DNA of 54,807 bases from Octopus bimaculoides (GCF_001194135.2 NC_068984.1:61266035-61320841); one strand, 5' to 3'; numbered from the stretch's first letter, positions 25,382-36,962 are shown. The notes: a model not told the origin generated them from the sequence alone. Program-made: numbers and translations.

Positions 25382-27808
25382 TATACCTTGACTTCCGGTT
25401 TTGCGCGTTGGTTACTTCCTGTAGACCCGAGGATCAGCGTGGACTGGTGTTTTTTTTAACTTCGTACAAAATGGAACTTTGAAGTCGACCGAGTTCATGA
25501 AAGAAATTAGTAAGGCAGCTAAAAGGTGGCAGAAATTTGTTTTTGGGGTACAGTGGGGCTACGTTATTTTATTGTTAATTTTTACAAATAGGGTATCTTC
25601 ACTGGCCTCGAAGCATTGTTTTTCTCCTTTAGTTGCGTTTGTTTTAGTAAAGAATTATCGGTGGGCGTTACCTCGCCGCAAGAATTCTTTCTATCTTGAT
25701 TTTTCTGAAGACTTTCTGTATTTGGAAGACTTTTTGTNNNNNNNNNNNNNNNNNNNNNNNNNNNNNNNNNNNNNNNNNNNNNNNNNNNNNNNNNNNNNNN
25801 NNNNNNNNNNNNNNNNNNNNNNNNNNNNNNNNNNNNNNNNNNNNNNNNNNNNNNNNNNNNNNNNNNNNNNNNNNNNNNNNNNNNNNNNNNNNNNNNNNNN
25901 NNNNNNNNNNNNNNNNNNNNNNNNNNNNNNNNNNNNNNNNNNNNNNNNNNNNNNNNNNNNNNNNNNNNNNNNNNNNNNNNNNNNNNNNNNNNNNNNNNNN
26001 NNNNNNNNNNNNNNNNNNNNNNNNNNNNNNNNNNNNNNNNNNNNNNNNNNNNNNNNNNNNNNNNNNNNNNNNNNNNNNNNNNNNNNNNNNNNNNNNNNNN
26101 NNNNNNNNNNNNNNNNNNNNNNNNNNNNNNNNNNNNNNNNNNNNNNNNNNNNNNNNNNNNNNNNNNNNNNNNNNNNNNNNNNNNNNNNNNNNNNNNNNNN
26201 NNNNNNNNNNNNNNNNNNNNNNNNNNNNNNNNNNNNNNNNNNNNNNNNNNNNNNNNNNNNNNNNNNNNNNNNNNNNNNNNNNNNNNNNNNNNNNNNNNNN
26301 NNNNNNNNNNNNNNNNNNNNNNNNNNNNNNNNNNNNNNNNNNNNNNNNNNNNNNNNNNNNNNNNNNNNNNNNNNNNNNNNNNNNNNNNNNNGGTGTCAAG
26401 TACGCAACGGTTTGGTTGCTATTTGACACCCCTGAGGTGTCTCGCAATTTTGCGAGCCAGACCTTTGAAGGGCAGGACATTTTGTTTTTCCCTACCTATT
26501 GCTGGAAGAAACTGACTCGTGTTTGGATCTGTGGGCTGCCACCCGGTATAGAGCCTGACTGGATCCAAGCTACTAAATGTGAAAATATTGCCTTCAGCTG
26601 ATTGGTTTGGGTCAAAAGCTGTTTTGATCATATGGACCCAATCAGCTAAAGATCTGGTTCTTCCAGATTTTCTAAGGATGGCCGGACGTAGGTATCCGGT
26701 GATTATTGAGGGTCGGCAACCTAGGTGTCACCTGTGTCTAGAAGCTGGCCACATTAGGAAGAACTGCCCCCAGGGCCATGATAAGACCCTGCAGCAGGAA
26801 AAAGTGCCCGCTGCCCCCCATTGGGAGGGGAGACAGCGGAAGTCGTGGAGGATGTTACCTCTACGAAAAGAAAAAGGAAGGTGAGCAACAATGGTTGCTC
26901 ACCAGATAATGTACAGGCGGCACAGGAGGCAGAGGAGGACAGCGATCCTCTACGTATGCCGAAGCTGCTCCCTGAATCCTCAAAAAAAAAGAGGAAAGGA
27001 GGAGGAGGGGGTGTCGGCGGTTGCTTCTGTGCCGCCAACTGCACCTGTGAATGAGGCTCCGTCGGTGGGAAGTGTGCCACTGACGGAGCAGCTTGAGGCT
27101 CCTGCCCATGAGGGGGTGGAGTTTGTCCTCCTTTATCGCATGGAGGGGCCTGTAAGAGAATTTTGGATGACCAGTGCGACCGAGAAATTATGTTGGCGGA
27201 GTGCACACTCAGTCCATTGTGGCCTCCGCAGGTGGCTGCGGAGGTAGTACAGCATTCAGTGTTGTCAAGTGTCATGGAGACCCTTGACAAAAAAGAGTTC
27301 GCATTCCTTTTTGCGGGCCCTGACTTGTCGCTGCAGAGTTGTCTGCGGGCGGCGTGTCAACTTGCTTGGGGACCAAAATGATTGGGGTCTTTTTTCATGT
27401 ATATTTAATGGTTTTTATTGAACTATTTGAAAATTGGACAGTNNNNNNNNNNNNNNNNNNNNNNNNNNNNNNNNNNNNNNNTGGACAGTTTAAGTTGGCC
27501 TCCGCTGGTAATTGTGGAAGTCATTAGTCAGATAGAACTTAATATGGTCAAAACGACCTGTGAACATGAAGAAATTTGATTTTTATTGAACATTTGAACT
27601 TTATTGTATTTTCATGTGAGTTGTATTGAACAATGTTTTCGAGGGGTTATCGGCCGGTGGGCGCCGGTGCCCCTCCCATTTTTATTTCATCCTTTTTGTT
27701 ATCATCCTCATCTTATTAATGTCTGTGTCCAGCCCGCAGCCACTTTGTTTGTCTGTCCTTGTTTGTCCCCTCTTTGTAAGGCCTTAATGGCCAATATTTA
27801 ATGAAATA
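25382..27808 (+). mobile_element. ORF1-only (half-L1-like) Tx1/L1-type retrotransposon with 10-bp TSD
   Basis: TSD AAGTAGCTTG at 25372-25381 and 27809-27818. ORF1 has a CCHC knuckle. About 430 bp lie between the end of ORF1 and the A-rich tail, with no ORF2. Contains two N-gaps. Confidence 0.75.
26392..27381 (+). pseudogene. Tx1/L1-type ORF1 (RRM-like region, CCHC knuckle, basic linker), frameshifted
   Basis: GVKYATVWLLFD...FPTY...TRVWICGLPPGI, then VIIEGRQPRCHLCLEAGHIRKNCP (C-x2-C-x4-H-x4-C). Confidence 0.8.
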
Positions 27809-27863
27809 AAGTAGCTTGCTTACTAACCACATGGTTCCGGATTCATTCCCTCTGCGTGGCATC
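27809..27863 (+). mobile_element. SINE family B head, 3' continuation
   Basis: AAGTAGCTTGCTTACTAACCACATGGTTCCGGATTCATTCCCTCTGCGTGGCATC. Confidence 0.8.
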
Positions 27864-27899
27864 AGGAAAGGCCTATTTAAAAATTTCAGCAAAGTGATT

Positions 27900-28235
27900 T
27901 ATATGGACGAAAAGTACGTAAGGCAGACTGTTAATAGCAAGTCTCTCTTAGCTACTTTTCATTTAACGTATAATCTGTTTTTCTAACAATAAATGAATCT
28001 AATTTAATAGCAGACTTCGCACAATCAAAAGCTTGCTTGTGTTTGGCAGTGCTTTTATGAGCTAATAGCATTGATTTGATAGCATTTTTCAACACAACGT
28101 TACAACAAACGCAGTAGCAGGTGTCAAGATTTTTATCATCTTGCCGTAACCAATCTTTAAGATCAATTTCCTCCAAGACGTCTTGAGGTTTTGGGTGGAC
28201 CACTTCCTCTTTTTGTACACACTATTGTCTGCCAT
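27900..28235 (-). mobile_element. hAT-like transposase N-terminal fragment (BED-type zinc finger)
   Basis: MADNSVYKKRKW...LKDWLRQDDK..TCYCVCCNVVLKNA.KSMLLAHKSTAKH (W..C-x2-C..H-x5-H), then NEKVAK..LLLT after a frameshift. Confidence 0.6.
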
Positions 28236-31200
28236 TACTTCGCAAAGGGTTACAAAACAAAAAACTCTCTCTCAAAATGTTGTTAAATTTTAAATTGCGA
28301 GTAACAATCGAATCGTACACAATCAGCACCGTCAAGCAGTCAACTGGCGGTGTCAGAGTCTCAGACACAAGTGTACAAGCTTCCACCAACGCGTTGTAAC
28401 TTGTAGTTGCCCGATATGATACAAATATAAGCAAATAATGAACGCATAGGACCGGTAATTACGTCACATACAATATTTATTCATTACGTGAGATGATTAT
28501 GGACGATATATACAAAGTTTACAAAGTATTAGAAGAGGTGCAACTTTGGTACATATTGCATACAAAGAGTATGACACCAAATTCTCTTTAAAAGATAACT
28601 TTGCAGCCAAAGATAACTTCCAAATCCAGATTTAATATAAATTTGGAGACTAAAACCCATAAAAAACCCCCAGATCTGGGTGGAAAAACTGAGTAAAAAT
28701 CAATGATTACTTTATAATACATTTAGAATGTTAGAACGGACCTGGGTTTTTCCCCAAATCTATTGTCATGTTGTTCTTGTTGATTAGTTCTTTGTCTACC
28801 CTAAATGAACAGGAATATGATCGAATGTATACTAGGATTAACCATTTTATCTAATTTTCATATATAGTGAATCACGAAATGTATTATTAATGATGGGCAT
28901 ATACTTCGCAGGTCGGCGAGTTACGATTTGAAGGAATTTTGTATCGCTTTCTTGTAAATCGAGCGACTACGTTTACTTAACCTCTACCGGTCATAATATC
29001 GTAATGTATTGTAATATTAACACGTATTCAAACATGTAATACAGGAAAGGAATTTACGTCTGAAGGAGATAAGTTTCAGAATAACAAAGCAATGTGATCA
29101 CCAGAGAAGTAGGGGGGGGCATATATGTGAGGGAGGATTGCAGAATGACAAGGTTAAACGAAGAGAAATAACAAAGTTCATGTCAGAAAGTAAATATCAC
29201 TGGAAGAAAAACTAAACGAAAAAGAAAATCCTTAAAAAGGATCAACTTAAAGAATATTCATACCGAATGAAGTTTTACACAGTGAACGAAGCAAATTCAT
29301 GAAGTGAAAAGATATATTAGATGCTGAATGTCGCAAATAGAGTACCCTTGGCTATTATAGTACAAGAAATATATTTCAAGAGAAATGAAAAGAAGCTTAT
29401 CTATGCCTTCTAGAAGTCATATAACAAATATCTAGGAGACAAAAGAGAAAAACGTGTAGAAACAATTGAAATAAGAATTAGATAATGCATGCGTTGACTT
29501 AAATAAGATTCATTTGAGCGACTTTTTAGGAACTCTATGCTTATTTGAAAGTTAGAAGCTAAGTAGAGAAAGAATGAATCTCACTATAGCTCAAGAAAAA
29601 TTATTAGGAAAATCACTTGTTGAACGAAAGATAAAAATACCAGGAAGAAGTTAACGATACGTTGCGCTGCAAGTTAGAGGAAATTATCAATAATTTAGCT
29701 CAAGAATATAGCAATATGACCAAATATTAAAAAAAAAGATGTACCAGAGTAGAAAATTCGATGCAATAAAAAATTTATTAGGAATTCTGGATTTAGAGTA
29801 AATCAACTAATAAAATGAAAACAGACTATATAATGAGGAACAAAAACTTAATTTGATCAGAGAAAATATATAGAAGAATATAATATGACAAATTTCCGAG
29901 GCCTCTTCTCATGAGAATTGACTAAAAAGAAATAGGAACAACAGTAAGTATTTACACTTGTCCGAAAAACTGAAAACACTTAGGGATATGTATATTAAAA
30001 TTATCTCGGCTATTGAATATATACAGAATACATTGAAACATAAGAGTTAAAGAACACCTTAGAGGGTGTGTGATCGAGAAATCTGTTGTCTCTGCCCTAA
30101 GATTCATTAAAAAAAACCCAAATGGTTAACTCTTATAAGAATGGAATCATATTATAAAAACTTTGCTTTTCATGATTGGTACGCAAAACCAAAATCTCCA
30201 GTTAGTCGAGGAGTTTAAATAGCATAGAGAGCATCAATGTTATCGATTTATTTATTTTATCGACTGCAAAATGTTAGAAGACTGTTAATCCCTGATGTAT
30301 TTCAACTGATATTGTAAAGATATCAAAAACTGATAGCAAAGCTATGTTGTAGCCCAAAATATTTCATTTGTATGAAGATCTGTTGAAATTTTTGGATACA
30401 ATTATATCAAAACTGATTTTAATGTGTTCTACTGCATATGTATATTTCTTATAAGTATTTGCATATGTTTATATGCCTGTTGGGGGCCTATTTTCCGTCT
30501 TCTAAGTGTAAATACCCAGCTTGGCACGCCAATTTTGCATGGAATTTAATTTACATCAGAATGTTTATTCCATTGCGGTGTGAAGAAAAATACTTAGAAG
30601 AAAAGAAAAGAAAAGAATAAGAGCTACGAGAAGGAGAAGAAGAAGGATTTAATATATTTAAATAATACAATTTTGCACATGTGACGCTTCAGGACGTTGA
30701 GTAAATGACTAAAATTAAGATCTTAATTGGTGGGTCAATTTTTCTATAGGGGTATTAAAAAAGTAAAATTTATTCAACATTCTGAAGCTAACTGATATGA
30801 TTTAAATATATTAAGCCCTTCTTCTTCTTCTTCTTTGCTCGGCTGCTGCTACTTAAACCATCAAATTTCAGAACCAAATATTTCTCTGCACCCATAAACA
30901 TTATTTGCTCAGATCTACTACCTACTGAGCCTTCCAAAGGAAAAGACAAAGTGACAGAAAAAAGGAAAAGTCATCCTATTTGAAGATTATGGAAATATTT
31001 ACAAAACATTTCATTAAAATTTTTTCTTTAAATTTGTTTTTCTTCTCAATTAATAGTCATCTTTGTTTTACTCTATGTTGAAAATCTCGAAAATACTGGA
31101 GCCCGTACAAACTATTACAAAATGTATTTCATGATAAAATTATTTTAGAATTTTCTACCTTGTCTTATTTTCCTTATACATAACTCGTGTGTTACTTTTC

Positions 31201-31889
31201 AAACTTCTTGACACACACGCGCACACACTCACACGCGCACGCATACACACGCACACACACACACGTGCGCGCGCACACACAATGTGCTTTCGAAACCAAA
31301 TTACCATTAATGTCCACCTAACTGGAAGTACAGCAATTACGATTGGTTATAAAGAGGTGAGGGTGATTATTACATTTAATACAATGCTGCTGTTGAAATT
31401 TTATAACAGAAGATTTCGTTTAGAGAAGGTAGTGTTAATGAATTCCTCTGGTAACTACAACCCCAAACAAAACAATAGAGCTCTGTGATATTTTGCTACT
31501 TTAGCTATTATGGATATGTGTTCTACTGATCCTATGCAATAATTTATAGATTTATATTATTTAATCAGTTCCATTACCACGGCATAGAGCTTTTCAATCA
31601 ATATTGCAAACGGTTTGTTAAAGAGTGTCAAGAATCTTTTTCGTTTACCTAGCAACTGAGAATAATATTTTATATGTTGTTACTATGTTTTTATTTTATG
31701 TATGAACTGAATCTAAAGATCTGATGCAACCGTGTGTAATACAGTTTGCCAAACAAACTTATTAATTGCATTATCCTAGCGCAGTGTAATTTAGAATTTA
31801 TTGTTAGTAAATTAAGAAACATATATCGAAATATTTAATTCATAAGCAGCAATCCATGATAATTTGTTGTGAAAGAAATATAAACCTTT

Positions 31890-32145
31890 GTGTCTAAGTG
31901 CTCATGCATACATATATACGGATACACACACAGACACACAGACACACATACACATACACACATACACATACACACAGACACACACACAGAGACAGAGGTA
32001 GACATATACTCAAGTATGCACACATATATGCACATATACCCAAATATAAATATATTTGTAAGACTGCATATATAATGTGATTACTACTTGTGTTAGTTCC
32101 AGAGAACAAAACATCCTTACATAATCATGTGCGCGTCTACATGTA

Positions 32146-32200
<55 letters not shown>
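31890..32200. repeat. (CA)-rich and (TA)n microsatellites
   Basis: Directly visible. Confidence 0.85.
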
Positions 32201-32203
<3 letters not shown>

Positions 32204-32963
32204 CACATACGTATGTTACGTCTTTCTAGAAGGTTTTAAAGCATACATGCAAAGGCCTAATATTTTCAGAGACCTGTTTTTTGCTATAAATGATAGTAGT
32301 TAATTATAGAATTATTTGCTTAGAAAATATATGATGTTTGATAGCGTTTGTTCATAATAATAGAACTTAACAAACATTCTAAAATATTCCTGAGTAATAC
32401 TTATCGATGGCAATGACAACCGGATGGAAGTATCAAACGTTTAAGAGACAAAGATGAAATCTTATTGTATTTGGTTGTGGTATACTATCTTAAGTTCAGA
32501 CGCATGATTTCGAAATTATCATTTCCGTAAAATATAGCCATCAGCATATTTGAATATAATATTCATTATTCTATGAAATGTTTATAACAAATTACATTTA
32601 GAAGAGCCGTATTACTCTCACGAAACATCTGTAATAAATAAAAACCGGGAAGTAGACGATACCACTCCAAAGTAGAGCACTGATAAAATCCAAACCATGT
32701 AATGGAAACTGCAATTAATGTATAAGTATCAAATACCTCCACAGTAGAAATACCACTAAAGACGTAATGCAAAACATTAGCACAACAACAAAGCAGTGAA
32801 TAACCAGTTTACCTATAGAAAAGTTCAATATTAAAACATCTAATGAAACGAATGCAAGAAATATGTGACAACTCTCAGATGAGTCTTTACACGATCATTA
32901 GAGAAATCAATGAACAGAAAAGTAATAATAAACAATGTCAACACGAATACCGGTAGAAAAATA

Positions 32964-33180
32964 ATTCTTTTCTACTCTAGGCACAAGACCGGAAATTTTG
33001 GAGGAGGGGGCCAGTCAATTGGATCGACCCCAGTACGCAACTGGTACTTAATTTATCGACCTCGCAAGGATGAAAGGCAAGGCCGACCTCGGCGGAATTT
33101 AAACTCAGAACGTAAAGACAGACGAAGTACCGCAAAGCATTTCTCCCGGCGTGCTAACGTTTCTGCCAGGTCGCCGCCCT
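32964..33180 (-). mobile_element. SINE family A, full length
   Basis: Ends CGTGCTAACGTTTCTGCCAGGTCGCCGCC, which is the reverse complement of the head. Confidence 0.9.
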
Positions 33181-33200
33181 TGGTAGAAAAACAATTAAGA

Positions 33201-33405
33201 GTATAATCTTTTCTACTCTAGGCACAAGGCCCGAAATTTTAGGGGAGGAGGCCCGTCGATTAGATCGATTCCAGTTCGCAACTAGTACTTAATTTATCGA
33301 ACCCGAAAAGATGAAAGACAAGGTCGACCTTAGCGAAAATTGAACTCGGAATGTAAAAAGAGACGAAATACCGCTAATCATTTCGCCCGGCGTGCTAACG
33401 TTTCT
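33201..33405 (-). mobile_element. SINE family A, second tandem copy, cut inside the A-box
   Basis: Same as the preceding copy but stops at CGTGCTAACGTTTCT, where the ORF1-only element begins. Confidence 0.9.
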
Positions 33406-34537
33406 AATTTTTTTATAACCTACTACGGGGCAAGCACAGAGGGGACAATACACAACATGTGGGGACATACAAACAAAAACATTAGAACGAACGTATGAAA
33501 AAATGACATGAAAAGTGAAATGAAAAATGGAATGAAGCCACTCTGCACCACTTTATTGCAGCTTCATTCATACCTTTTAAACTTCGTTCCCGCTAGAATA
33601 ACGATTCCAAATTCTTCAACCACTTCCTCATATGTCATATATTGTTGTAATATGTCCCAATCCAATTTCACCTCCCAACCCCTACATCCGCTTTTAAATC
33701 TTGTTATTCTTTCTTTCTGTTTATCCAAGCACAACGTGCAACAATACCATCCCTTTATGTAGTCATAGGGCTTAAAGTGGTTATGTGGCTTAATTTTTTT
33801 CTTTTTCTCTTGTTCCTTGTTCCTATTGTTTCCCATTCGTTATTTGTTTCTTTCTTCTCTACTTCTATTGATATTTTTTCTTTCTCTTTCTGGGGCTCTT
33901 CTTCTTGTATCTCCGTCTTTTTGGTCTTTGAAGGGTAGTCCGTCCTGAATAGCTTTTCAGGACACATTTAAAGAATCGAGGGATTCTGCCCTCCACGCTG
34001 ACCCTCATTATCACGCCGTTCATAATTATTGTTTCTGTAGTGTTTTCTAGGGTTTCGGTTGAACCTTGAATAATCATGTACAGTATCTGTCCGTTCCATA
34101 TAACACTTTGCATTTTTGTGGCCTAGACAAACGCTATGTTGTCCTCATGTCCCAGAAGGACAGCGGCTGCTATCCATGCCACATCTATCTCTTGCGGATT
34201 TCCCTACACCCTAACTCTGGTCGCACGTTGTCCACGGTAAGTGGGTAAAAGCACCACTTCCTCACTCTTAATGGTAGTCGCTGATTGCTTTTTTGCTGTT
34301 GCCGTGTCCTTGAATCTCACCTCCACTACTCCGAACGACATATCTGAAAAGCTGAAGTCTTCTTCAGTCATCTTTTTCACTAAACCGACCCTCCCCTATG
34401 AGGAGGGGAAGCACAAACAAATTTCTTCAAAGCAGCACAAAAACAATTTATAAAATGTTAAAAAACACTGACACAAAACCACAACGATATTAAAACCGTG
34501 ACGATTACTATCAAAATAACTTACAAACACCGATTAA
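33406..34537 (-). mobile_element. ORF1-only Tx1/L1-type retrotransposon, gap-free, with 15-bp TSD
   Basis: Flanked by CGTGCTAACGTTTCT (33391-33405) and CGTGCTGACGTTTCT (34538-34552). T-rich 5' UTR, a single decayed ORF1, a short 3' UTR and an A tail; no RT or endonuclease. Confidence 0.8.
33540..34371 (-). pseudogene. Tx1/L1-type ORF1, decayed
   Basis: MTEEDFSFSDMSFGVVEVRFKD...LLPTYRGQRATRVRV...IDVAWIAAA...MRVSVEGRIPRFFKC (degenerate CCHC), a K/E-rich linker, then the C-terminal WYCCTLC...LDWDILQQY..EEFGIVILAGT. Confidence 0.75.
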
Positions 34538-34552
34538 CGTGCTGACGTTTCT

Positions 34553-35035
34553 TATTTCTTTATTTCCCATAAAGAGTATACACAGATATTTGTACAACAC
34601 ACGTGGGGACATGCAAAAATAACACAGACAATTAAATAAGTATAAAAATAAAAATTAAAAACGTATGATGTACATGCATGATAACAATGTACTGAATATC
34701 AAAATGGACTACTTGCCCCACCAAGCAGCCTCAAATCTTCCTTTTACCATTCATAAGGTGTGTCCCTTAATATATCAACTCTATGCTCCTTTATTAAGTC
34801 TTTGTACTTCGCACTATCCGGTAACATTTTTAAGTCCGCGTACAATCCCCAACATATAACTCCTTTTTATTTGGATATCACACCTTTTTGGCTTTGAGTC
34901 ACCAGTACACACAATTGCCAGCTTACAATGTTTGTATATCTCTCTATCTTCACAAATTTCGCCGTTTTCCACTTCTTAATTTCATAAATCAAATCATTTT
35001 CTGCCTCCTCTGTCAACAAACAAACATAATTATTC
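34553..35035 (-). mobile_element. 5'-truncated relative of the ORF1-only element, abutting the TSD
   Basis: Minus strand KFVKIERYTNIVSWQLCVL...CWGLYADLKMLPDSAKYKDLIKEHRVDILRDT aligns with the 33540-33840 C-terminus. The UTR shares ATGTCCCCAC.TG and ends in AAATAAAGAAATA. Confidence 0.6.
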
Positions 35036-35499
35036 TCACGGGGAGAGGGATTTGTAAATTTTGTGATGTCTGTTCGCTTTCTTTTTTCGTTTTGTTTTGT
35101 AAAGGAGGGGAATGGGTGGGTTTGGTGTCTGCGGGTACAGAAGCCCTGAATCTACTATGGACCATGACAAGATGTATGGAATATTTTTACTTTTGAGATG
35201 ATGTGTTTGACTGGCAAGTGTTGCGAATTTACTGTGTTTCTCATATCTAAAAGAATTGAGATGCGCAGCGTATCGCTGTTTTAAATTTATAATTGACGCT
35301 ACATATATGGTTGTAGAGTTGTATGAAGTGTTGAGGATAGTCCATTTATAAATTACGTTAGACCTTCTGCAATGGGTTTGTAGAGGGCAGATGGTCCCAA
35401 GGCGGAAATTACATGGTCGTGCGTTTTTTGGATTATTTTCAGAAATGCCGGAGGTAATACAATCTAAGGAGAGGTTAGAGAGGGAGGAAGATTGATCTG

Positions 35500-35574
<75 letters not shown>

Positions 35575-35900
35575 TACTACTGTTTTTATCGTTATTGTTA
35601 TTTATCATATCAGTGATAGTGGTGAAAGTTGGGGTAGTAGTATTACAGTTATTGCTAGCGGGATTGGTTGGATTTCTGTTGTGGTTTAATGTATGGGATT
35701 CGATACCGCAGCTATGTATATGCTGGGCGTTCGTGTATTCAGAGTTGTTACAGTGTAAGCTTGAGTGAAAGTTTACGTCTATTAGAGGCTTTTATGACAG
35801 AGTCAACTTGGGCGGTGAGGAGTAGGATAGCTTTAAGGTAGATCTAAGAAGTATTTATATTATTTCTACACACCACTTTCCTTTGATAATGGAACTGCAA
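35036..35900 (-). mobile_element. Penelope-like element fragment (RT C-terminal linker plus GIY-YIG endonuclease)
   Basis: RSTLKLSYSSPPKL..VIKASNRRKL, a poly-N tract from (TAA)n, then CNFR..TICPLQTHC..SNVIY...IYVA...LKQRYAAHLNSFRY...ATLAS..HHLK...LSWSIV. Confidence 0.8.
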
Positions 35901-36039
35901 GTATAATATCCTATATATATATTTTTATTTTTACTTTTATGCTCTTATTTTCCTTTATACTTTTTATTTCTATCCTTTTTCAGAATAACTCCTCATATAT
36001 TGAATTCTACAATTTCCCTCTGTTTAACCATATCACATT

Positions 36040-36093
36040 GTCTCTGATGATGATGAAGGAATATCTCTAATATCCCAGAAACAGTTGTAAGAC
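36040..36093 (+). ncRNA. Minimal type I hammerhead-like motif in a probable inverted Penelope pLTR
   Basis: GTCT-CTGATGA-(TGATGA)-AGGAATAT CTCTA ATATCCC-A-GAAAC-AGTT-GTA-AGAC. Stem I is GTCT/AGAC; core, stem II and the GUA site are recognisable. Confidence 0.55.
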
Positions 36094-36844
36094 TAACTTT
36101 CTCTTTATAAATGTTCTGAAAATGCCACATAGCCTTGGCTTTCTTGTCTCATTTTATTTAACACACACTCTCACACATACAGACGCACACACACACACAT
36201 ATATATATATATACACATATGCCCGCAAACATGCATGTATTTGTATTTATGCGTATGAATGTATGCCTGTATCAAGTAGCGTATATGTAACGTTAGATGT
36301 GATAATTTTATAAGAGATGAAAATTAACATGAACAAAATTAAATCAATGGCAATTTAATTTATATAGTAATCCGTGTTTTTTTGAATATATATATATATA
36401 TAGAGTGAACATAAATGAATCGGTTGCAATGCAAAAATATATTTAAAAAAATGCATTAAAATTGCAAAGAAAAGGAAAATAATTCAAAATAAGCGAATAA
36501 CTTAAACTCACAATATATTCTGACTTTGTCTGAAACTAATAAAGCAATGTCACGAATTCTATCAGTTGTTAATCCAGAACAAATGACATAAAGCTAAAAG
36601 AAATAAATATCTTTTCAATTATTCTTTGCAGTTAATGAGAAAATATTCTACCTTTTTTGCATCATTCATATGATATATTTTTTTCAGTTCATAATTTTTT
36701 TCCGACTAAAATTCCGAAAACAACACGTAAGACAGAGAAAGTTAATATTTTGTTCTCACAAAGGTTTGCGATTTACACGTTTTCTATATCAGAACTTCAA
36801 ATATGATTTAACTTTTCTAAATTATTTTGGTAGCTGCAGAAAAT

Positions 36845-36851
36845 AATAATA

Positions 36852-36947
<96 letters not shown>

Positions 36948-36962
36948 TAATAATAATAATAA
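36845..36962. repeat. poly(A) plus (TAA)n
   Basis: Directly visible. Confidence 0.95.

Noticed and set aside
25430-25737. Possible second ORF1 N-terminus (GVQWGYVILL..VS..AS resembling GVKYATVWLL..VS..AS)
   Set aside because: The similarity is short and needs gaps, and the N-gap prevents testing. Treated as 5' UTR, but a nested second element cannot be excluded.
29000-30050. Purine-skewed tract suggesting a decayed LINE (similar at 44100-44420)
   Set aside because: No diagnostic motif could be read.
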